Shown: positions 45,804-55,276, numbered from the stretch's first letter. The stretch is 64,000 nt of DNA from Candidatus Woesebacteria bacterium GW2011_GWB1_39_10 (GCA_000993205.1 LBVU01000003.1:85820-149819), one strand, 5' to 3'. Made by a program: numbers and translations. Notes: a model not told the origin generated them from the sequence alone.

Positions 45804-46743
45804 CAGCTTAGATAAAATTGCCACACACCCTCTTCAAACTTCCGCTTGGGCAGACTTTCGCCGCAAATGGGGGAATGAAGTTCTGGAGACAAAATGGGGA
45901 CTGCTTACTGTTCACAGATTACCGTTTACTGACTACAAACTAGCAATATTTGAAAAAGGCCCAACTCCAACTAGGGATATGCTAAATGCTTTATGCCGAA
46001 TGGGGAAAGAACAAAAACTAATTTTTATCAAACTAGAATCCAATTGCCTCAAATCAGACAAATTGGCCAAATTGCTCCAATCTTTTGGTGCTGTTCCCGG
46101 TAAAACCGTTTTTACCCCTACCACTTTTTGGATTGATTTAATTCCAAGTGAAGAAAATTTAATGAAAGGCTTTTCTTCAAAGACCAGATATAACATCCGC
46201 TTAGCTATCAAAAATGGCGTTACAGTTAAAGAGAATAATCGTGACCAAGCTTTCGAGAGATACCTCGAATTAACACGCGAAACCGTTAACAGACAAGGCT
46301 TTTACGCACACACAGAAAAATACCACCAACTGATGTGGAAAATTTTAAGGAAAGCTGGAATTGCCCACCTACTAACTGCCACCTATCAAAAACAAATTAT
46401 CACAACATGGATCTTATTCGTCTGGAAAGACTTTTTGTACTACCCATATGGAGCTTCAACCGAAGAACATAAAAATGTTATGGCCAACAACTTAATGATG
46501 TGGGAGGCTATAAAGTTTGGAAAGAAGTTGGGACTTAAAACATTCGATCTCTGGGGGAGGGAGGAGGGCAAGGGGTTTACAAAATTTAAGGAAGGATATA
46601 ACCCTCACGTTGTAGAATTTTTTGGAACTTGGGACCTGGTTATAAATAAACCGATGTATTTAATATATAAAATCGGCGAATGGATCAGGTGGCCCTCACT
46701 TAAGCTCGCCGCTAAATTTGGATTACCCAAGCATCGTTTTTAG
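45793..46743 (+). CDS. FemAB-family peptidoglycan interpeptide-bridge aminoacyltransferase
   Basis: 'SKTRYNIRLAIKNGVTV', 'YYPYGAS'. Start ATG at 45793 overlaps the helicase stop by 8 nt. Confidence 0.75.
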   Translation: MTTNSLDKIATHPLQTSAWADFRRKWGNEVLETKWGLLTVHRLPFTDYKLAIFEKGPTPTRDMLNALCRMGKEQKLIFIKLESNCLKSDKLAKLLQSFGAVPGKTVFTPTTFWIDLIPSEENLMKGFSSKTRYNIRLAIKNGVTVKENNRDQAFERYLELTRETVNRQGFYAHTEKYHQLMWKILRKAGIAHLLTATYQKQIITTWILFVWKDFLYYPYGASTEEHKNVMANNLMMWEAIKFGKKLGLKTFDLWGREEGKGFTKFKEGYNPHVVEFFGTWDLVINKPMYLIYKIGEWIRWPSLKLAAKFGLPKHRF

Positions 46744-46756
46744 ACCACAACCCCTT

Positions 46757-46784
46757 CACTACCATAATTCGAATTATGGTAGTG
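46757..46784. promoter_or_regulatory. 28-bp perfect palindrome CACTACCATAATTC|GAATTATGGTAGTG between the femAB paralogs
   Basis: 14-bp arms with no U-tract. Ends 8 nt before the next start codon. Confidence 0.6.
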
Positions 46785-46791
46785 TCCAAAC

Positions 46792-47769
46792 ATGATCGAC
46801 ATCAGACAAACTAAAAATTACGCCGATTACTTAAGACGTGAGGCTTGGGTTGTGGAAAGAGTTGACGAAACGAACTACTTTATTCGTAAATTTCCACTCA
46901 TTGGATCTGTTTTAAAACTCCAAAGGCCGGAAAAGATTAATTTTGGAATAATAGATAAACTAGCCCGAAAATATCGCGTATTTCAGATTATAATAGAACC
47001 CGATTTAGGTTCCGGTCCCGTCACCGTATTTGACCATAAATTATTATTACACAACGGCTTCAAGTTGTCAAAAAGCCCGTATTTACCGTCTAAAACCCTC
47101 CAAATTGATCTAACCCAGCCAAAAGAAAAGATTTACACAAATTTTACGAAGGAGTGTAGATATACAATTCGAAAAGCTGCCGTCGCTAAGACTATGGCCG
47201 GCAAGGGAGTAGGGGGGTTTTATAATTCGTCTTGTTCAACCCCCGCAGAAATAATAAAGTGGCGCGAAGCATGGAAAAATTCTGTTAAATTTAATAGATA
47301 TGTCCCAAGCGCCAAGCAACTTTTAAATATAAAAAAAAGTTTTCCACAAAACCACTCTCTTTTCCTTGCGTCGCACAATATTTCTGGCAGAATTACAGGT
47401 GGAGCGCTTTTCACGGTTTCTTCACACGATGTATCAAACCATATCACATATTATTGGTATGGATTTACAAATAAGGAAGGCCGCGCTTCCCTCTCCCAGT
47501 ACTCTCTCCTCTATCAAGGTATACTATGGGCTAAAAAGATGGGTTGTAAAGTTTTTGACTTCGAAGGTGTTTACGATTCAAGATTTCCTAATAAATCCTG
47601 GCTCGGTTTCACTCATTTCAAGCGCTCTTTCGGTGGACGCGAAGTTCTCTACCCCGGGGCCTATACTAAAAATGTGCTATCATTTGGGCTGTGGAACAAC
47701 AAGAGACAACGGCTAGCGACACAGAAAAAGCGAAAAGATTGGCCAGAAAAACATTCGGGAGGATCTTAA
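46792..47769 (+). CDS. FemAB-family aminoacyltransferase (paralog)
   Basis: 'CRYTIRKAAVAKT...', 'HITYYWYGFT'. Same family as the upstream gene. Confidence 0.7.
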   Translation: MIDIRQTKNYADYLRREAWVVERVDETNYFIRKFPLIGSVLKLQRPEKINFGIIDKLARKYRVFQIIIEPDLGSGPVTVFDHKLLLHNGFKLSKSPYLPSKTLQIDLTQPKEKIYTNFTKECRYTIRKAAVAKTMAGKGVGGFYNSSCSTPAEIIKWREAWKNSVKFNRYVPSAKQLLNIKKSFPQNHSLFLASHNISGRITGGALFTVSSHDVSNHITYYWYGFTNKEGRASLSQYSLLYQGILWAKKMGCKVFDFEGVYDSRFPNKSWLGFTHFKRSFGGREVLYPGAYTKNVLSFGLWNNKRQRLATQKKRKDWPEKHSGGS

Positions 47770-48053
47770 ATGAATCCCATTGGATGAGAGACCCAGATGG
47801 CGAGGATCATTGTGCAAAATGTTGGGAAGAATATCTGATAATTTTTGACGAAAATATACGCCAAATAGTTATCGGAGATTCGAAAAGGACAGCCCAGATG
47901 TTAACCGATGCCATCGACACATTGAGAACAAGAGATGGTTGGTATGCTTCGTGTCAAGGCTCCGGGCACAAAAGATCTTGCTCAGACAAAGCAAGTATTA
48001 TTGTTTCCGACGACTTATTGACATTTAAAATTAATGGAGCAGATCAAGAATAA
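47691..48053 (+). CDS. Hypothetical small Cys/His-containing protein (start uncertain; possibly ATG 47784)
   Basis: 'DPDGEDHCAKCWEEY...CQGSGHKRSC'. GC-richer than the flanks. Confidence 0.4.
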   Translation: MEQQETTASDTEKAKRLARKTFGRILNESHWMRDPDGEDHCAKCWEEYLIIFDENIRQIVIGDSKRTAQMLTDAIDTLRTRDGWYASCQGSGHKRSCSDKASIIVSDDLLTFKINGADQE

Positions 48054-48102
48054 TGTCGTTTTTGGAATGAGTCGATTCGGTTTTATCTATTTGATTGAAC
48101 TC

Positions 48103-48130
48103 AACTTAATTACTATATAGTAATTAAGTT
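48103..48130 (+). terminator. Third copy of the AT-rich palindrome (AACTTAATTACTAT|ATAGTAATTAAGTT) followed by TTTTTAG
   Basis: Lies in the convergent intergenic region. A hairpin plus T-run on the + strand fits a terminator. The shared core with 24795 and 25273 suggests it is also a regulator site. Confidence 0.55.
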
Positions 48131-48131
48131 T

Positions 48132-51092
48132 TTAGCTTCTGGATTTGCAAAACATTGAGAACTCACATTTTCCCTGACAAAAAAAGTTGTTGTTGCATTT
48201 GAAATCCGAATTTTCGATTTCGTCACGGATCTTTAAAATTTCTTCTTTTACTTTTTCCAGATCTTTCTCTGTCCTGGTTGTAGAAATTTTTTCCTGAGTA
48301 TCCAAATAATAAAGTGAAAGTTTTATATCTTCCGGTTTTATCTTTCTTATATTGCTCATCGCTAATGCATAAAAAGATAATTGAAGATCTTTATTAACTT
48401 CTTTTTGAGTAGGAATCGTTGCCCCGGTCTTATAGTCAATAATTTCTATTCTGCTTCCACCCAAATCATCAACCCTGTCGATTGTGCCGCCGATCCGCAA
48501 GGATCGTCCTGAACTCGTTTCAGGACCTAACGGTAGAACAAATTTTCCCTCAAGCAAAATAGTTCTTATCTTTGGATCATACCCATTCTTTATAAATCCC
48601 TGAAGATAAAGCTCGCCTTTCTTGTAGAATTCCTGTTTATGTTTTTTGTTTAAATATCCATCTTCGAGGAAAGATTCTTTATATATTTCAATCAATCTTT
48701 CCGAAAAACCCCGTAAAGCCGCAGGCGTTGTGGGGTTCAATGAAATTTCTTGATAGAATTTTTTAAGCGTCTCATGAATCGAAATTCCGAAACTACTCGA
48801 TGCAAAAGCTTTTGTCGGAAGTTTGTAAACATATTTAAGTTTGTAATGTAGCGGACATGTTTGGAATGTTTCGATTTGACTCACCGAAAGGTATTCTACC
48901 TTTCGTGGCTCTATGCTATATGGTTTATGCTTTATGGGTTCGCTACCATATTGCTTATGGCTTAAAGCATATGGCTTTTCATTGGCATAAGGCATACGGC
49001 TTGTGGCATCTTCCCCAAGCGTTTCATACACGAACGGGCTAATTTTCTTCTTTCTCTTTGCCTCACCATAGAAATCCGCCGCGCTAAAGTACAATTTTTC
49101 CTTTGCTCTGGTCATTCCAACATAAAAAAGCCTTCGCTCTTCCTGCAAATGAAAATCCCCTTCCGGTAAAACTTCTTTTATTAATTCTTGTGGAATTGGA
49201 ATTTGTTCATGACGTTCGCGTCCAGGAAATCTCTCCCCCACCAGGTTAACCAAAAACACGATCGGAAATTCAAGGCCTTTCGAAGAATGAACTGTCAAAA
49301 TATTTACGGCGTTATTTTCCTGCCAGTCGCCATCTGTAACATTGGGGCTCTCCCCCACCTCAAGCAAAAGATCTATATAGTCCACAACCTCAGCAACCCA
49401 ATTTTTGCTTGCCCCGCGAAGCCTTGGCGAAGTGGGGTCGTCTTCATAGGATTTAATCTTTTCAAAAAACTTGGCAATGTTTTTGGCTTTGGTGTCCTCC
49501 GAATTTTCTATCAACTTTTGCAACAACCCAATCTCCCGAATACAATCGTATAAAATTTCCCCGGCTGTCTGAGACTTAATTACTTTTAAATGCTTATCGA
49601 TAATCAACAAAAGTTTTTTGATTTGTTCATTTCCTGATTCTGCCGCGATTTCAAAAACCGACAAGCTTCTCTTTTTTGCTGCAGATGAAATTTTAATAAG
49701 CTCCAATGGAGATATATCAAAAATGTCAGATGATAATAGTCTGTAAAAAGATTCTGAATCTTCCGGGTTATATAAAATTTTGAGATATGAAATCAAATCA
49801 ACAATTTCCTCTTTTTCAAATAAATTACTTGGTCCCAAAAATTGATTTGGTATCCCCCGTCTTTCTAGTTCTCTTACAAATGGATCTGCATGGTTGTTCG
49901 CACGTATTAAAATAGCCATGTCTTTAAAATCATATCGTGCGAACCTTCCCGAAGCCTTGTGCGAAGGAGGGTTGGTTGTCAATTTGAGGATCTCCTTCAC
50001 AACAGAGTGCGCCTCATCCCCAACATTGGCGGCATGAACAAATTTTATTTCCGACTTCCCGCCCCTAACTTCCGACTTCAATCGCTTGTCTATCCCCTCC
50101 ACAACTTCCAACCTGTCCGGGTTGTTGTGTTGAATTAAATCATATGCCCTATCCAGAATTTCTTGAATAGAACGGTAGTTTTTTGTAAGAACTATTATTT
50201 TTGTTTTTGGAAACGTTTTTCTAAATTGAATAATGTTAGAAACCGCCGCTCCGCGGAAACGGTAAATTGATTGATCATCGTCCCCCACCACTGTAATATT
50301 TTGAGATTTGCCAGCCAAAAGAATGGCGAGTTGATTTTGCGCAAAATTTGTATCCTGAAACTCATCTATTAAAATATATTTAAATTTCTCTTGATAAATT
50401 TTAAGAATATTAGGACGTTCTTTGAAAAGTTTTATCGTATTTGTGATGAGGTCACCGAAATCCATTACGTTTTCTTTTATTTTTAGATCACTATATTTTT
50501 TATAAGCATTGGCCAACTCCACATTTTTCTTGGCTTCTAGTTTTTCCTCATCACTCAATTTTAAATTTTTAATTTTAAATTTTAAATTCACCCATGCGAC
50601 ATAGTCGCTGGGTGCTACGCATTCATCCTGCAGTCTATTAAAGTGTTGCAAAAGTCCATCAATAAACTTATTCGGGTTCCCCAAGGGTCTAAAATAATCT
50701 AGATCGAGGTCAAATAGGTTTTTTCTGACTAGATCAATTGCTTGCGCTTCTGTCATTAATTTATAACTCGGAGATAGACCAATGTGTATCGCATTATCCC
50801 GGAGAATTTGATCGCAAAAAGAATGAAATGTCATAACCCACATTTGTGTATAACCATATGGGAGTGCCACATCAATTCTTTCTTCCATTTCCTTTGCCCC
50901 TTTTTCTGTAAAAGTCAGCGCCAATATCTCTTCGGGTTTGGCCAGTCCACTCATTATTAAGTGTTTAACCCGCTCGGAAATTACTGTGGTTTTGCCAGTC
51001 CCCGCGCCGGCGATAATGAGAAGCGGTCCATCGCCAAACTTGACGGCTGCGATTTGCTCTTTGTTGAGTTTTAAATTTGAAGTTTCTATCAT
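48132..51092 (-). CDS. UvrD-family helicase fused to a C-terminal Cas4/AddB-type PD-(D/E)xK nuclease with Cys cluster
   Basis: N-terminus 'LIIAGAGTGKTTV', 'ILIDEFQDTN'. C-terminus 'TCPLHYKLKY...RIEIIDYKTG...CNNNFFCQGKCEFSMFC'. Contains a KPY-type low-complexity linker and two in-frame GC-rich repeat copies. Confidence 0.8.
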   Translation of the reverse strand: MIETSNLKLNKEQIAAVKFGDGPLLIIAGAGTGKTTVISERVKHLIMSGLAKPEEILALTFTEKGAKEMEERIDVALPYGYTQMWVMTFHSFCDQILRDNAIHIGLSPSYKLMTEAQAIDLVRKNLFDLDLDYFRPLGNPNKFIDGLLQHFNRLQDECVAPSDYVAWVNLKFKIKNLKLSDEEKLEAKKNVELANAYKKYSDLKIKENVMDFGDLITNTIKLFKERPNILKIYQEKFKYILIDEFQDTNFAQNQLAILLAGKSQNITVVGDDDQSIYRFRGAAVSNIIQFRKTFPKTKIIVLTKNYRSIQEILDRAYDLIQHNNPDRLEVVEGIDKRLKSEVRGGKSEIKFVHAANVGDEAHSVVKEILKLTTNPPSHKASGRFARYDFKDMAILIRANNHADPFVRELERRGIPNQFLGPSNLFEKEEIVDLISYLKILYNPEDSESFYRLLSSDIFDISPLELIKISSAAKKRSLSVFEIAAESGNEQIKKLLLIIDKHLKVIKSQTAGEILYDCIREIGLLQKLIENSEDTKAKNIAKFFEKIKSYEDDPTSPRLRGASKNWVAEVVDYIDLLLEVGESPNVTDGDWQENNAVNILTVHSSKGLEFPIVFLVNLVGERFPGRERHEQIPIPQELIKEVLPEGDFHLQEERRLFYVGMTRAKEKLYFSAADFYGEAKRKKKISPFVYETLGEDATSRMPYANEKPYALSHKQYGSEPIKHKPYSIEPRKVEYLSVSQIETFQTCPLHYKLKYVYKLPTKAFASSSFGISIHETLKKFYQEISLNPTTPAALRGFSERLIEIYKESFLEDGYLNKKHKQEFYKKGELYLQGFIKNGYDPKIRTILLEGKFVLPLGPETSSGRSLRIGGTIDRVDDLGGSRIEIIDYKTGATIPTQKEVNKDLQLSFYALAMSNIRKIKPEDIKLSLYYLDTQEKISTTRTEKDLEKVKEEILKIRDEIENSDFKCNNNFFCQGKCEFSMFCKSRS
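49411..49439 (+). repeat. GC-rich repeat family, copy D (in-frame in helicase-nuclease; encodes DDPTSPRLRGA)
   Basis: 'GCCCCGCGAAGCCTTGGCGAAGTGGGGTC'. Confidence 0.7.
49945..49973 (+). repeat. GC-rich repeat family, copy E (in-frame in helicase-nuclease; encodes NPPSHKASGR)
   Basis: 'CTTCCCGAAGCCTTGTGCGAAGGAGGGTT'. One extra base relative to copy D, so it is translated partly in a different frame. Confidence 0.7.
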
Positions 51093-51191
51093 GTAGCAAT
51101 TTTAGCAGAAAAATCTATTCTGATATTGTATAATTCCCCCACTAAGTGTCAATTGGGACGCTTTTGCACGTATTACAAAAAGGAGTCAGAA

Positions 51192-51638
51192 ATGTCCGAC
51201 AAAATAGTTCTACAGCTGTTTAAGGAAATGGGCCAAAGAGAAGTTCATACGATTTCCGAAGACGCAACCGCACTCGATGCAGCGAGAATGATGAGAGCTA
51301 AAAATATCGGGGCGCTTGCTGTTGTGAACGAAAAAGTGGACCTCGTTGGAATCGTATCCGAAAGAGACGTCAACAACAAGGTTGCAGCTCTCAACAAACT
51401 GTCCGTAGAAGTTCAGGTTTCAGAGATTATGACCAAAAAAGTTGCCGTCGTATTTTTGACAACGAATCTCAAGGAATGTGAAGAGACAATGAAGGATCTT
51501 CATGTTCGCCATCTCATTGTAATGGACAAAGGAAAACTTGTTGGGATCGTATCAATTCGAGACCTACTTGTTTCAACAAGAGAAGAATTGGAAGACATTG
51601 TTCGGCACCTAAAACACTATATTGGTATCCCAGGGTAA
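51192..51638 (+). CDS. CBS-domain pair protein
   Basis: Two CBS motifs ('...GALAVVNEKVDLVGIVSERDV...', '...HLIVMDKGKLVGIVSIRDLL'). RBS AAAAAGGAGTCAGAA-ATG. The track ORF starting at 51126 is probably too long. Confidence 0.75.
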   Translation: MSDKIVLQLFKEMGQREVHTISEDATALDAARMMRAKNIGALAVVNEKVDLVGIVSERDVNNKVAALNKLSVEVQVSEIMTKKVAVVFLTTNLKECEETMKDLHVRHLIVMDKGKLVGIVSIRDLLVSTREELEDIVRHLKHYIGIPG

Positions 51639-51644
51639 TTTCAC

Positions 51645-51700
51645 AACCAGCCTCTTTCATTTTTGAAAGTTAAAAAAATGAAATGCTGGTTATTTTTTTG
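51645..51700. terminator. Long-stem hairpin + T-tract between convergent genes (bidirectional intrinsic terminator)
   Basis: AACCAGCCTCTTTCATTTTT...AAAAATGAAATGCTGGTT imperfect ~19-bp stem followed by ATTTTTTTG. Confidence 0.7.
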
Positions 51701-51733
51701 CATTTTGCCGGCGAGGGTCAAATATTTAACCTT

Positions 51734-52258
51734 TCAACCTTTGATTGCTGATTCGATTAAATCTTTTGGAAGAGAGGCTGTTGCCTTCAAGGCCTCTCTA
51801 ACAGATTTCCCAGCTTCCGATCCAATACCATCAGCAGCTTTCACCGCAGAAGTAACCGCTTCTTTGGTGGCTTCACCCGTATCTTTTCCAACCTTGCCAA
51901 CGGCTTCAATTGCTCCTTCGACTGCAGAAACTGCAACCTTACCGACGTCTTCTCCAACTTCAGAGGCAGCCATAACTGCTCCGGAAACTGCTTTTCCGGA
52001 AGCTGAAATCACATCTCCTCCGGTTTCCGAAACGGCCGTTACTGCTGTTGATACCGTATCGCGGGTTGCATCAATAAATACTACCCCCATATCTTTTGCT
52101 GAAAGAATTCCGGCGGCAACAACATCGGAAACGTCTTTGGCACTCCCCACAATTTGGGTTTTTACACCATCACGAAGGGCGGATAAAACATCAGATGCAC
52201 CCTTAAGGGTGGCGACCATCACGCCTTTTAATTCGTTAATTATAGAACTTAATGCCAT
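51734..52258 (-). CDS. Ala/Val/Gly/Ser-rich amphipathic-repeat protein (phasin/LEA/YtxH-like; unknown)
   Basis: Strong RBS GGAGGTG 9 nt upstream. Repetitive 'G.DV..A..A' units. The antisense ORF 51663..52325 is its low-complexity shadow. Confidence 0.6.
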   Translation of the reverse strand: MALSSIINELKGVMVATLKGASDVLSALRDGVKTQIVGSAKDVSDVVAAGILSAKDMGVVFIDATRDTVSTAVTAVSETGGDVISASGKAVSGAVMAASEVGEDVGKVAVSAVEGAIEAVGKVGKDTGEATKEAVTSAVKAADGIGSEAGKSVREALKATASLPKDLIESAIKG

Positions 52259-52372
52259 AAATATTTCACCTCCAATCTATCTTGTTACTAACTTGTTACT
52301 GTTTTGTGACGCTATATTAATTTAATATATTGGTAACCATGAAGTCAACTGGTTTATTTTTTTTGTCACGGT

Positions 52373-52402
52373 CCACTTAAATACTGTACAGTATTTAAGT
52401 GG
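52373..52402. promoter_or_regulatory. 30-bp perfect palindrome CCACTTAAATACTGT|ACAGTATTTAAGTGG
   Basis: Overlaps the 3' end of the MBL gene, upstream of the repeat-protein gene. No U-tract in the transcribed direction. Confidence 0.55.
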
Positions 52403-52982
52403 CAACTTTAAACATTTTCCCGTGTCCTGGAATTATAATGTGCGCTTTGGATAAAACTAATTTTCTTGATGCAAGAAGCGCTTCTTTGTCATTAGCAAAC
52501 GGATCTTCTAAATTTAATAAATCTTCTACATTATCCGATTTTTGTTTTCCATCCTCCCACCAGAAAACATCTGGACAAATACAAACCACCCCATCCTCTG
52601 TTTCTATCAGAAGCGACGTGTCTTCAGTTGCATGGCCAGGAGTTTTTAATATTTCTACATCTACATCCGGCAATTTACCTTGATGAAAAATTTCCCGATC
52701 ACCACTCCAACAAATTTCTCCATCATAAATATCTAAATTTGGAAAAAGCCTGGTATTTAGCCAATGATCCGGGTGATAGTGACTTAAATAAATAAAGGAT
52801 AAATCGCTTTCATTTATGTTTTCTTTCTTTAGTGCTTCTAGAAGTTTTTCCCTACTTGTTCCCGGATCGACCAAAAACTTTTTTCCATTCGACTCTACCA
52901 AAGTGCATGTGGGGCTGGCGGTATAACTTCCATCCTCATTTGGGTGTGCATACCCTTCCACCAATACTTTTGCTTTATTCAT
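52395..52982 (-). CDS. MBL-fold metallohydrolase
   Basis: 'LSHYHPDH' and a second 'TPGHATED' motif. Confidence 0.75.
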   Translation of the reverse strand: MNKAKVLVEGYAHPNEDGSYTASPTCTLVESNGKKFLVDPGTSREKLLEALKKENINESDLSFIYLSHYHPDHWLNTRLFPNLDIYDGEICWSGDREIFHQGKLPDVDVEILKTPGHATEDTSLLIETEDGVVCICPDVFWWEDGKQKSDNVEDLLNLEDPFANDKEALLASRKLVLSKAHIIIPGHGKMFKVAT

Positions 52983-52986
52983 CTCT

Positions 52987-53301
52987 TTATTTTTTGTTAG
53001 GTTCCAGTGGCTTCACCAGAGATGCAAATTGTTTCCAAATGGCATCAACTTTTATACTGTTCCACCTGCCTTGAGTTGAATCTGCGACAAACTTCTGGAT
53101 AACTTTACGGCTTATCAGTCCGTCTTCCGAAAACCTGACTAAGGATTCTAAAACCCTAGCAAGCTGTTCGCGATCCGACAGGTAGTCTGCCTTTCCCCAA
53201 ACCACACCTTCAATTTTATTATGTGTAGCCAAAACGTTCCGTGCTTCGTGTATAAACCAGTCGGTCAAATTTTTAGAACGCAAATCATCAAACTTTTCCA
53301 T
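52987..53301 (-). CDS. Hypothetical protein
   Basis: 104 aa, no recognised motif. Confidence 0.4.
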   Translation of the reverse strand: MEKFDDLRSKNLTDWFIHEARNVLATHNKIEGVVWGKADYLSDREQLARVLESLVRFSEDGLISRKVIQKFVADSTQGRWNSIKVDAIWKQFASLVKPLEPNKK

Positions 53302-53304
53302 ATT

Positions 53305-53901
53305 TCAGTCAGACAACAACTTCCGAACTTTTGGGCCAATTTTTGAAACTATCAAAAAGGACATCGCAGCATTCGCAATTAATAAATAAATCGGAAACGC
53401 GTAATTTTGGAAATTCCATTCCTTGATTACCAAAAGAGCAATTCCGGCATTTACGACCCCCATTGTAAAAATCAAGTGACTTTCTGATTCCGGTTCTATA
53501 TAAGATTTGTAAACCGTAAGGTATGTGGCAAGTGCATCAGTCGCCAAACTAAAAATGATTGCTATATTTCCAACTCTTGTAAACATCCACAGAACCAAAC
53601 CCAATACGGACAGTCCCCCGCAAATATAATCCAATTTGGTTATTTCCCAATACGCCTTTTTGTTTACAAATGAAGCAAAGAAAACCAACAAAGGCATGAA
53701 GCCAACAATGAAAGTTGCCCAGGCTTCGGGCCCAACTCCTTGTTTAATCATGGCGAAAAATGCAATGAGGGGAGCAACAGACCATAGAAGCCAACTGACT
53801 TTATTGGGTTTAACCTTTCCCTTTAGGGTGTCTATTAAATATCCAACGCCACCGATAGCCTGAATAATTACCCCAACATAAATCCAGTTTTGATTAATCA
53901 T
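53305..53901 (-). CDS. Hypothetical 6-TM membrane protein
   Basis: Hydrophobic profile. Overlaps the ALDH gene by 4 nt. Confidence 0.5.
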   Translation of the reverse strand: MINQNWIYVGVIIQAIGGVGYLIDTLKGKVKPNKVSWLLWSVAPLIAFFAMIKQGVGPEAWATFIVGFMPLLVFFASFVNKKAYWEITKLDYICGGLSVLGLVLWMFTRVGNIAIIFSLATDALATYLTVYKSYIEPESESHLIFTMGVVNAGIALLVIKEWNFQNYAFPIYLLIANAAMSFLIVSKIGPKVRKLLSD

Positions 53902-55271
53902 TTTTCTTCCGCCACAACTTTTACTTGAGTTAGATCGTAAAAACCAAATTTACCATGTTCTCTGCCGATTCCGGATTCTTTAAATCCTCCAAAAGGACTG
54001 CTTGGCTGTAAATATCCGGCATTATTGGTTTGAACCATACCCGTTTTTAATTCTGCAGCAACCCTTTCTGCCTTTTCTCTGTCTTCCGTAAAAATATAAC
54101 CTCCCAAACCATATTTTGTGTCATTCGCAAGATCGATGGCTTCTTTTTCAGTTTTAAAAGTTACTATTGGTAGAACCGGGCCAAACACTTCCTCGCACCA
54201 TACTCTCATATTTGGATTTATATTTGTTAAAACTGTTGGTTTGTAAAAATAGCCTCCATTTAAATTTAATTTCTCGCCGCCGACTTCGACTTTGGCTCCT
54301 TTTTGGACGGCGTCCTCAACCTGTTCTTCTAAAGTAATAAGTTGTTTCTCGGAGACCAATGGGCCGATCTCGGTTTTGTCATCAAGCGGGTCGCCTACTT
54401 TAGTATTACCTATTTTTTCAACAAGCTTATTTAGAACCTCGTCAAATTTATTTTCATGTACGATTAAGCGTTTCAGCCCGTCACAAACCTGGCCGGAATA
54501 TAAAAATCTGTTTCCAAAAAATGAATCTATCGTCCGTTCAATATCCGCGTCTTCAAAAATAACTCCGGGGGCCGATCCACCCAACTCCAAAAATATTTTT
54601 ATAAATTTTTCAGCGGCAACTTTGTATAAATATTTACCGATTGAGGTACTTCCCGTAAAACAAATTAAATCGATATCACCATTCACTAAAATATTACCAA
54701 CTTCACCGTCACCATAAATTTCTGAAAACACTCCATCTGGTAACCCTGATAAGTTAATTATCTCTTCAATCAATCTCCCGCTTAGGGGCACTTCTTCAGA
54801 GGTTTTATAAACGACCACATTTCCAGAAACCAACGATTGAGCAACCGACCAAACAAAATTTGAGGTTGTGAAGTTCCACGGTGTTATGTTTGCAGAAACT
54901 CCAATTGGTTCCCTGAATGCTACATGTTTCGTTTTATCGTCTTCATATACAACCTCCGGAGATAAATATTCTTTTGCATTATCAATATACCAACTAAAAT
55001 AATGCATAGAATCGTCCACGTCACTCCTGCTCATGGTGATCGGCATACCCATTTCTTTAGATGAAATTTGGGCAAGTTCTTCTTTGTGTTCTAAGAAATT
55101 TTCTACAACTTTTCGTAAATATTCGTTTCTTCCGGAAATTCCCAACTTATTCCAGCTTTCTTGGGCTTTTCTGGCTTTGGCGATCTTTTCATTGATTTCT
55201 TTCTCAGAAGAAATATCCACCTCTCCAAGAAGGTTGCCGTTCGACGGATTGGTTGATTTTAGTGTTGCCAT
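53898..55271 (-). CDS. NAD(P)-dependent aldehyde dehydrogenase
   Basis: 'LELGGSAPGVIFEDAD...FLYSGQVCDGLKRLIV' (ELGG and catalytic-Cys contexts). 457 aa. Confidence 0.85.
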   Translation of the reverse strand: MATLKSTNPSNGNLLGEVDISSEKEINEKIAKARKAQESWNKLGISGRNEYLRKVVENFLEHKEELAQISSKEMGMPITMSRSDVDDSMHYFSWYIDNAKEYLSPEVVYEDDKTKHVAFREPIGVSANITPWNFTTSNFVWSVAQSLVSGNVVVYKTSEEVPLSGRLIEEIINLSGLPDGVFSEIYGDGEVGNILVNGDIDLICFTGSTSIGKYLYKVAAEKFIKIFLELGGSAPGVIFEDADIERTIDSFFGNRFLYSGQVCDGLKRLIVHENKFDEVLNKLVEKIGNTKVGDPLDDKTEIGPLVSEKQLITLEEQVEDAVQKGAKVEVGGEKLNLNGGYFYKPTVLTNINPNMRVWCEEVFGPVLPIVTFKTEKEAIDLANDTKYGLGGYIFTEDREKAERVAAELKTGMVQTNNAGYLQPSSPFGGFKESGIGREHGKFGFYDLTQVKVVAEEK

Positions 55272-55276
55272 TGAAG

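Noticed and set aside
51663-52325. 220-aa Ser/Thr/Pro/Ala-rich plus-strand ORF
   Set aside because: It is the shadow of the minus-strand repeat-protein gene, which has the SD and terminator. It has no RBS of its own.
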